DNA from: an archaeon
GTDB taxonomy: Archaea; Asgardarchaeota; Thorarchaeia; Thorarchaeales; Thorarchaeaceae
Direction: 5' to 3'
DNA length: 32,000 nucleotides
NCBI GenBank assembly: GCA_024275415.1
Contig: JAJRZD010000051.1
Location: forward strand, 62,074-94,073
Position 1 is the first letter of the stretch. Each line of letters begins with the position of its first letter. The notes under the pieces are model-generated. The model saw nothing but the letters and a program-made list of their open reading frames with translations. It ran no database searches and was not told where the DNA came from. Position numbers and translations under genes: made by a program. This document shows positions 25,428 through 32,000 of the stretch, one piece after another.

Positions 25428-27074
25428 ATGAGAAGGGGAGGTGCCTTAAGGTCATCCTTGATGCTAATCCCCTTCATCCTTTTGATTGGGTTCCTAGTAT
25501 ATCCTGTTGCAATCGTCCTGATCCAAGGGCTGTTACAGCCTACGGGGTCATCCTTCCAAGAGGTAGTCGGCTCGTCGTTGACACAACGGATTATCCTGTT
25601 CACTGTTGGGCAGGCACTGGTCAGTACAATGGTGGCGATGGTACTTGGAGTGCCAGGAGCCTTTGTCTTGACCAAGCTCCAGTTCCGGGGGAAGAATACG
25701 ACCCGTGCATTGATGACCGTGCCCTTCATACTTCCACCAATTGTCGTGGTCGTAGGGTTCCTAGAGGTGTTCGGACCAGGAGGCATCATAGACTCGATCT
25801 TGATGGCACTGCTCGGTTCAGATACATCCATGTTCAACATCGCTACTGGGTACATCGGCATTATATTGGCTCATGCGTTCTACAATGCCCCTTTGTTCAT
25901 ACTCATGGTATCGGCATCTCTAGAAAGGCTGAACCCGGATATCGAGGAAATGGCTCAGATTCACGGGGCCACGTTCACTCAGAGGTTGAGAAGAATTATC
26001 GTCCCTCATATCAGGATCTCGATCCTAGCAGCATCCATTCTCACATTCCTTTTTAGCTTCATGTCATTCCCCATAGTCCTCGCTCTTGGAGAGGGAAGCT
26101 TCATGACAATTGAGGTTCAGATATGGAATGCCTTCAGGTTCTTTGATTATGGCGAGGCTGCATCCCTTGCAATCATCCAGTTGCTAATCACCATGACGCT
26201 TGCTTATGCATACATTAGGACAGGGGTTCGAGAAAGAGAGGTGACCGGCAGAACCTCATATGTTCGAACGGTGAACATCGCTGACCTCTCTACCCCCACA
26301 AAGATCCTTCTCATAGTATACTCTTCGATCCTGTTGATTCTGCTTGTCGGACCAATCCTTGCTATCATCCGTTCGGCGGTATATGACCCGAACACTCATG
26401 TCCTGACATTGCGAGGCTTTGAAAGCTTGCTCAACCCAGGAATGGATGGCGGCTTGATTCCGATGGTAAATTCATTGTTCTACGCCAGCCTTGCAACAGT
26501 CTTCTCAGTCATCCTTGGACTCCTATTAGTCTTCTCACAACAATCCAAGATGAGATTGATTCCAGACCTTACATCAATGGTCACGCTATTACCGCTTGGG
26601 GTTTCTGCCATTACCATCGCCTACGGATTGATGATCGCTATAGCTGTGCCCTTGGGTCTAAGTACCAATCCCTGGCCACTGATTGTGGTCGCCCAGACGT
26701 TGATAGGTGTGCCATTCAGCGTTCGGGCAATCGAGATTACACGATCCAAAATCGACCCAGCAATTCTCGAACAGGCAGAATCCCTAGGAGCCAGTGCATT
26801 GCATAGAGTGTTCTTCGTTGAACTGCCCTTGCTCGCACCAGGCATTCTCGTGGCAGGGTTCTTTTCCTTTGCTATGGCGATAGGTGAGATGTCGGCCACG
26901 ATATTCCTTGCACGTCCTGAGAACTTCACCCTCGCAATCATAATCTATAGGTATTTATCGGTAAGGAAATTCGTTGAGGCTGGTGCAGCATCACTTTTCC
27001 TCGTGGTTATGTGTGTGGCAGCGTTCATCATAATGGAACGCATCTCTGAGAATGGATATGGAGGCACAGTCTGA
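25428..27074 (+). CDS. thiP: Thiamine ABC transporter permease
   Basis: Duplicated permease: FTVGQALVST, PFILPPIVV, LAHAFYNAP, EAA-like loops (EEMAQIHGA, EQAESLGA) and AIGEMSAT. Confidence 0.92.
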   Translation: MRRGGALRSSLMLIPFILLIGFLVYPVAIVLIQGLLQPTGSSFQEVVGSSLTQRIILFTVGQALVSTMVAMVLGVPGAFVLTKLQFRGKNTTRALMTVPFILPPIVVVVGFLEVFGPGGIIDSILMALLGSDTSMFNIATGYIGIILAHAFYNAPLFILMVSASLERLNPDIEEMAQIHGATFTQRLRRIIVPHIRISILAASILTFLFSFMSFPIVLALGEGSFMTIEVQIWNAFRFFDYGEAASLAIIQLLITMTLAYAYIRTGVREREVTGRTSYVRTVNIADLSTPTKILLIVYSSILLILLVGPILAIIRSAVYDPNTHVLTLRGFESLLNPGMDGGLIPMVNSLFYASLATVFSVILGLLLVFSQQSKMRLIPDLTSMVTLLPLGVSAITIAYGLMIAIAVPLGLSTNPWPLIVVAQTLIGVPFSVRAIEITRSKIDPAILEQAESLGASALHRVFFVELPLLAPGILVAGFFSFAMAIGEMSATIFLARPENFTLAIIIYRYLSVRKFVEAGAASLFLVVMCVAAFIIMERISENGYGGTV

Positions 27075-28135
27075 TGGTCAATGTGACAATTGATGGGATG
27101 TGGAAGGAATTCTCAGATGGAACCGCAATAGGGCCAATCGATCTTGAAGTCAGAGACGGCGAGTTGATTGTGCTCCTTGGACCCAGCGGGTCGGGAAAGA
27201 CCACGACGCTTCGGATGGTTGCGGGGTTCATTCGCCCGGATCGAGGAAGGCTGTTGTTCGATGATGTCAATGTCATGCATGTCCCACCAAATGAGCGAAA
27301 GATTGGAATGGTTGTCCAATCAGTGGCACTTTTCCCGAACATGGATGTCTTCCAAAACATAGCATTCGCACTTGAAGTGAGAGAATGGCCGCACGAAAAG
27401 GTGGTAAGGAGAGTAGAAGAACTGTCCGACCTAGTTGGGATCCGAAACCTCCTGCATAGAAAAATTACCGAGATCAGCGGTGGCGAAGGGCAACGGGTTG
27501 CATTGGCTAGAGCACTGGCCCACGGGCCTGAGCTGTTGTTGTTGGACGAGCCTCTTTCTGCACTAGATCCCAACCTTAGAGAAAGCCTTCAGATGGAGAT
27601 CCGACGCATCCAGAAAGAGCTGCGGGTCACTACTATTTACGTTACTCACAACCAAGACGAGGCATTCGCGATTGCTGACCGGATCGCTGTCCTGAACGAA
27701 GGAGTCATCAACCAGGTCGGGACACCCTCGGATCTTTACGACCGCCCCTTGAACAGGTTTGTGGCCACCTTTCTTGGAAGAGGAAGCATCCTGGGTGGAG
27801 AAGTGACCAGTTGCGATGACAAGGGGTTCGAGGTCTCATTCGATGGACAAACTATGCACCTCCCAGGATATCAAGAGGTCGGCAATATCATTGAACTCTC
27901 AGTGAAGCCCGAAGACATCACAGTTACAAGGTTCGGTGATGACGGACTTGAAGCCACAGTGGAGTCCATTGTATCTCAGCCCGGACGATATAGGGTACAG
28001 CTGAAGATAGGAAAGCATAGCCTTCACACCTTCATCTCAGCCAACACCCTGCCAGAACAGTTCCGTCCCGGTGAAAGGATCCGCATCACAATTGACCCGA
28101 TGGAAGTTGCCATTCTAGCGGATACGAGTCCCTAG
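27074..28135 (+). CDS. thiQ: ABC transporter ATP-binding protein (ThiQ/PotA-like, with TOBE domain)
   Basis: Walker A GPSGSGKT, signature ISGGEGQRVALARAL, Walker B LLLLDEP and H-loop VTHNQ. Overlaps thiP by 1 nt (TGATG). Confidence 0.92.
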   Translation: MVNVTIDGMWKEFSDGTAIGPIDLEVRDGELIVLLGPSGSGKTTTLRMVAGFIRPDRGRLLFDDVNVMHVPPNERKIGMVVQSVALFPNMDVFQNIAFALEVREWPHEKVVRRVEELSDLVGIRNLLHRKITEISGGEGQRVALARALAHGPELLLLDEPLSALDPNLRESLQMEIRRIQKELRVTTIYVTHNQDEAFAIADRIAVLNEGVINQVGTPSDLYDRPLNRFVATFLGRGSILGGEVTSCDDKGFEVSFDGQTMHLPGYQEVGNIIELSVKPEDITVTRFGDDGLEATVESIVSQPGRYRVQLKIGKHSLHTFISANTLPEQFRPGERIRITIDPMEVAILADTSP

Positions 28136-29901
28136 AGGGGGATAGACGCACCAAAGCACTCCTCCAACTCTCGGAGAACCTTCCTCTTGATTTCCATTAC
28201 ATTGGTACCTTTACATTCTATGACCAGATCTTGAAGAACTCCATTCTTTCGGTCATAGGTCAAAGTCACTGTTGCCTTTTCTATCTCGCTAGCATCGAAC
28301 AGGTAGTGCGTACGGACGACCTCGCGCTTGTCCTGGACTTCTTCATCCACAGAAACTACCACCTTGTCGGCCAAATATCCCTCGATCTTTGCTGGGTCGC
28401 ATCTTATGTTCAGTGATTGCCGGATCATATGTTCTTTCTCAATCCTTCGACCCAGAAAATCCATGGCCTTCTTCAGACCTATAACTATCACTACCCACAG
28501 TATTATTGCACAGAGAAAGAATAGCAGAGGATATTCCAATGAGAGTTGTGCAAGTGGAGTGGTATACTCACCGGTGAAGGCCATGATGATATCGAAGGCA
28601 ATAGTCCCCGATAGGACAAGCTGAATCACATCAAGCACATCACCTGTCCGCTCACTGGCCTTGATGACCTCGCTAGTACTTCGGGTATTGTCACGCAGGG
28701 CACTGTATAGGCGACGCATCTGCTGCTCGATCTGAGTCGATAACAGAGTTTGAAGCCCTTCGACCTCACTCCTGATGCTATTCAGAACCAAGTCTATGTC
28801 GCGGATGCGGTTGAGTAGTGCCATGAAGCCATCGTCTATCGCAACTAGTGAGAGAAGGTCTGAGTCAATACTATCCTTTGATTTGCTCCATTGTTCATTT
28901 ATCAGACCAAAACCGCGATCCAGATAACCCCCTGTTGAATTCAGGATTGTATAATTAGCAGTTGCCTCGGTCAAGAGATTCTGGGCTTTAGTAATTACCG
29001 AGTAGTCGCCTTCTGTTGACCGCTCAATGAGGTTTCTGGCTTCATTCAACTCATCATTCAGAAGGGATATCCTGTTGAACAGTGCATCAACGAATAGCTC
29101 TGCGCTTCTAAGTAAGCAGTAGTAAATGACGAGGGATTCGTATTTCCGCCAATCAGGAGAAACAAGGAGTATCCCACCCTCGCCAATCATGATAAGGGTT
29201 CTATCTGTCGAAACCTCCTGCACGCTTCGGATATCATCCAGCACCTGCTCCAACTCGTTCTGGTAATCCTCGCCATCAAGGTATAACGAGACCTCGTCAA
29301 ACGCTGGAGAGATTGAGGAGGCGATGAGCCCTACGAATTTGTATCTATTGTTGGCGGTTCCTTTGAAGACACAGTCCAAGATGCTTCGTTGATGATGTGT
29401 CAACAGAGTATCTATGAGCAGCGACGAGTCATACATGATATCTGGGATTACTCGTGAGATGAGGTCTAGAGAAGCAGTTGGGTCTTTGCCAATCTCTTTC
29501 CCTGTAATGTGTGTGATGCGGCATCCATAGATCATGTTCCCCTCGTGGCTGAGGCGCATCCCTATCATCTCGTCCTGCACAATCGTATCTTCAGGATCCT
29601 GCATTGTTGCCTCGCATTGTATATACTCGGATGGCTTGTACTCGATGATTCGAACAGCACTACACTTCTTTTCGGATTGGAAAATTGCACGCTCCGGCCA
29701 GCTGTCCATCAACATCGTTACGAATTTACCTTGCATGGATTTCTTGGCCATCAGTTTCTGATTGATAGACTCCAAGCTGTTCCGGTCACAGGGGATATAC
29801 TCACTGAGGATCAACCTCACATCGCCCAGCTTGACGAATTCCTCCAGCTCATCTTTGATCTGACTTTTTGATGTCACTCTTGATATCCTCCTTTTATTCA
29901 A
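28132..29901 (-). CDS. Uncharacterised membrane protein with CorA-like architecture (soluble N-domain, long coiled coil, two transmembrane helices, extra C-domain)
   Basis: Long heptad helices (FNRISLLNDELNEARNLIE; LNSIRSEVEGLQTLL...RRLYSAL) lead into two hydrophobic helices. TGEY occupies the position where CorA has GMN. TTG start. Confidence 0.55.
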   Translation of the reverse strand: MNKRRISRVTSKSQIKDELEEFVKLGDVRLILSEYIPCDRNSLESINQKLMAKKSMQGKFVTMLMDSWPERAIFQSEKKCSAVRIIEYKPSEYIQCEATMQDPEDTIVQDEMIGMRLSHEGNMIYGCRITHITGKEIGKDPTASLDLISRVIPDIMYDSSLLIDTLLTHHQRSILDCVFKGTANNRYKFVGLIASSISPAFDEVSLYLDGEDYQNELEQVLDDIRSVQEVSTDRTLIMIGEGGILLVSPDWRKYESLVIYYCLLRSAELFVDALFNRISLLNDELNEARNLIERSTEGDYSVITKAQNLLTEATANYTILNSTGGYLDRGFGLINEQWSKSKDSIDSDLLSLVAIDDGFMALLNRIRDIDLVLNSIRSEVEGLQTLLSTQIEQQMRRLYSALRDNTRSTSEVIKASERTGDVLDVIQLVLSGTIAFDIIMAFTGEYTTPLAQLSLEYPLLFFLCAIILWVVIVIGLKKAMDFLGRRIEKEHMIRQSLNIRCDPAKIEGYLADKVVVSVDEEVQDKREVVRTHYLFDASEIEKATVTLTYDRKNGVLQDLVIECKGTNVMEIKRKVLRELEECFGASIPL

Positions 29902-30433
29902 GGGATGGAAAATACGGCTCGGTCAAATAACTGACATCTTCGATGAAGCCCATTGAGGTTTCTAGTTTGAACGTGCAGGTCGAACAAACAAAAGAGATGT
30001 CATCAGGGGAAAACAGTACTTCGTAGTTGCATCCACACTCGTGCTGTATCAGAGAGTAAACCTCATCCTTTAGTTCTGGAGTAAGTGAAGAAAGAACCTC
30101 TCCTACCAGAACAGTAGGTTTGTAGGCGGTCATGTACCCATACTGAGATGTGCTGAGGCGTAAGATTGCAATCAATTGGAGATTGATGAGATCCTCGATG
30201 TCGTCCTTCCCTTCCCGACTAATATTGAGCCACCTGCGAGTGCCATCAAGCATTGGAACACTGGTAGGGCTGTAGTCATAGCTCTTGAACACGCCCTTGA
30301 CAATGCCTTCATGGATTATAGCCAACAAAGGGAGCTCCTTGATCCAGAGGGGATTGTCCTCATCATTTGTCTGAGTGTATTCGGATATGATGAAAAGTAG
30401 TTTCAGCATATCCTCAGTGAGTCCATGAAACAT
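29894..30433 (-). CDS. Uncharacterised winged-helix-like protein with a C-terminal Zn-ribbon-like Cys motif
   Basis: KLLFII...YDYSP...GKDDIEDLINLQLI...MTAYKPT, and C-terminal ECGC-x15-CSTC. GGAGG precedes the start. Overlaps the downstream gene by 8 nt. Confidence 0.6.
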   Translation of the reverse strand: MFHGLTEDMLKLLFIISEYTQTNDEDNPLWIKELPLLAIIHEGIVKGVFKSYDYSPTSVPMLDGTRRWLNISREGKDDIEDLINLQLIAILRLSTSQYGYMTAYKPTVLVGEVLSSLTPELKDEVYSLIQHECGCNYEVLFSPDDISFVCSTCTFKLETSMGFIEDVSYLTEPYFPSLE

Positions 30434-30653
30434 CGTTCAAACCTCCAATGTGTCTGGAATTGAATGGGAATCATAATGATAAGAGTTACTAGTTCTCTCA
30501 GCGGCTCACACACTTGATAATGGACGAGTTCATTTAGTTTGTGAACGCGAATACAACACAGCAACAGTATTAAACCCTTAAACGAGATAAACGAATATCA
30601 CTCAAAGCTAGCAAAATAACGTTAGCAATCAATCCTTGGCGTAGTGATGAGTA

Positions 30654-31598
30654 ATGGTTATCGGGTACGAGGTTTCCGAGGACGGAACTTTACAAGAGGT
30701 AGAATTGACGAAGGAGAGCCTTGATTCTACAAAGGTTGTTTGCGTGGTTGATGACGAAACAAAGAGCATCTACCTTTGGAAAGGGATTCAGGCGGGGGTC
30801 AGGAAGAAATTCATTGGAGCCAGAGTGGCTACTAATCTCAGAACCGAGTATGGTTTTCATTTCAAGGTGCGCTCACTGGATGAAGGTGAAGAACCCCCAA
30901 CATTCTTCACGGCTTTAGACGGTACAACTGCAGCGACTAAAGTGATAAAGCCAGGAGAACCAAGGGCGCCTCCAAAGCCACCGAAAGTAAGTGCATCTGC
31001 TACTCCAGCTGCAGAAACAAAGCACGTCGAACCTGCAGCGGTCAAACCTCCACCGCCGAGGAGAGAAACCGGTACTACAGCACCACCCCCCAAACCCAAG
31101 ACTACAATGCCTCCCCCAAAGCCTCCTGTAACGAAAGCGGTTACGAAAACACCTCCTCAAGATGCGACTGTTTCTACATCCATGGTTTCACAAAGTGTCA
31201 TTGATGAGATGATTGCAGAACTTGAGAACGAGTCACCTCCCGAAGGGTACCGCCGAGAACTCCTGATCGTCTACAACGAGATATACACTGTTGCAGAACA
31301 TAAGATATCAGTATTCGGACAGGAAAAGATCGAACACCGGTTTGAGAAGGTGAAAGACCCGCCGGAGGGAACGTTCATGGCAGAAGGGTTCATCCCACGA
31401 GTGATTGTGAAAGACGGTAGGGTCTTAGGAATAGAGCTTCTCAAAGGAACGCCTGATGCTATTCTCAGTCCCATCAAGACAGAGATGAAGGAACGGCTAG
31501 GAGACCTCATAAGCTTCTTCAAATCTGAAGTAGAAGAAGCAGAGAGCAAAGCAGACAAAAAGAAGTCTGCCTCGAAGCGGAAATTGGTTGCAAAATAG
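30654..31598 (+). CDS. Gelsolin-domain protein (single gelsolin repeat, Pro-rich linker, uncharacterised C-terminal domain; 1DGelX-like)
   Basis: SLDSTKVVCVVDDETKSIYLWKG...RKKFIGARVATNL...VRSLDEGEEPPTFFTAL matches the gelsolin/villin repeat consensus. An ~85-aa Pro/Thr/Lys linker, a globular domain and a Lys-rich tail follow. Confidence 0.85.
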   Translation: MVIGYEVSEDGTLQEVELTKESLDSTKVVCVVDDETKSIYLWKGIQAGVRKKFIGARVATNLRTEYGFHFKVRSLDEGEEPPTFFTALDGTTAATKVIKPGEPRAPPKPPKVSASATPAAETKHVEPAAVKPPPPRRETGTTAPPPKPKTTMPPPKPPVTKAVTKTPPQDATVSTSMVSQSVIDEMIAELENESPPEGYRRELLIVYNEIYTVAEHKISVFGQEKIEHRFEKVKDPPEGTFMAEGFIPRVIVKDGRVLGIELLKGTPDAILSPIKTEMKERLGDLISFFKSEVEEAESKADKKKSASKRKLVAK

Positions 31599-31611
31599 GA
31601 GGAAACATTGA

Positions 31612-31998
31612 ATGTCCACCATCGATCCAGAAAAAGAAAGGGAACTCGTTGAGCTCCTTATGGGACTAACAAACTATGCCGACCTTGATGCCATTGCTGT
31701 TGTGAGCAAGCAAGGAGTCAAGCTTGCATACTTTGCCACTGAAGAGTCAGATGCCGATCCCGACTTGATGGCTGCCGTGAGTGCTGCGCTTCTTGTACAA
31801 GGTGAGATGGCAGCAGAGAAACTTTACCTGAACGAACTCTACGAAGTGATTGTGAGGGGCAAAGAAGGATTCGTCGTACTTTCCCATGCAGGCGACTTTC
31901 TGATCATGGGTTCAGCAAGAGACCTCACCTCTATGGGACTTGCCGTCACCCAGATGAGAAAATACGCCATGGAGATTGGCAAGCTCCTGAGTAAATGA
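31612..31998 (+). CDS. Roadblock/LC7 (MglB-like) domain protein
   Basis: LDAIAVVSKQGVKLA, LMAAVSAALL...EMAAEKL...LYEVIVRGKEGFVVLSHAG and MGLAVTQMR. AGGAGG overlaps the gelsolin stop codon, 13 nt before the ATG. Confidence 0.9.
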   Translation: MSTIDPEKERELVELLMGLTNYADLDAIAVVSKQGVKLAYFATEESDADPDLMAAVSAALLVQGEMAAEKLYLNELYEVIVRGKEGFVVLSHAGDFLIMGSARDLTSMGLAVTQMRKYAMEIGKLLSK

Positions 31999-32000
31999 AA

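Noticed and set aside
25415-26056. 213-aa same-strand alternative-frame ORF starting right after thiB
   Set aside because: It lies entirely over thiP in another frame and is Arg/His/Cys-rich and non-protein-like. thiP is intact in its own frame, so no frameshift is needed.
1-32000. tRNA, rRNA, CRISPR arrays and intact IS elements
   Set aside because: I saw no T-loop/cloverleaf signatures, regularly spaced repeats or transposase ORFs, and intergenic gaps are short. A covariance-model scan was not possible.

Overview
Gene-dense archaeal chromosome window, most likely from an Asgard archaeon of the Thorarchaeia type. This is an inference from a gelsolin-domain gene, a roadblock/LC7 gene, a thermosome, Rpo6, an Ard1-type acetyltransferase, AK6/Fap7, archaeal TATA boxes and GGAGG/GGTG ribosome-binding sites. 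From left to right: (1) an accessory edge with two convergent paralogous Zn-dependent phospholipase C/P1-nuclease genes, one AT-rich and truncated by the window, one with Ca-binding DxDGDG repeats and a recent 147-bp internal duplication, followed by a solitary N6-adenine DNA methyltransferase; (2) a housekeeping block (AK6, membrane HhH protein, Ard1, DUF89 phosphatase, thermosome, an unusual HhH-Rpo6 fusion, MgtC/DUF4010, HisS, MEMO1); (3) a tightly coupled minus-strand operon built around an uncharacterised glycyl radical enzyme, its activase, a tandem split-barrel flavin-binding-like protein, a GNAT, an ACT regulator and an MFS transporter; (4) a heavily N-glycosylatable Ig-repeat surface protein and a GNAT; (5) ThiR divergent from thiBPQ, with a candidate operator between them; (6) an uncharacterised winged-helix/Zn-ribbon plus CorA-like membrane protein pair, divergent from a gelsolin-polyproline-X gene and a roadblock gene. 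I recognised no tRNA, rRNA, CRISPR array or intact mobile element. All family assignments come from motif recognition by eye, not from database searches.
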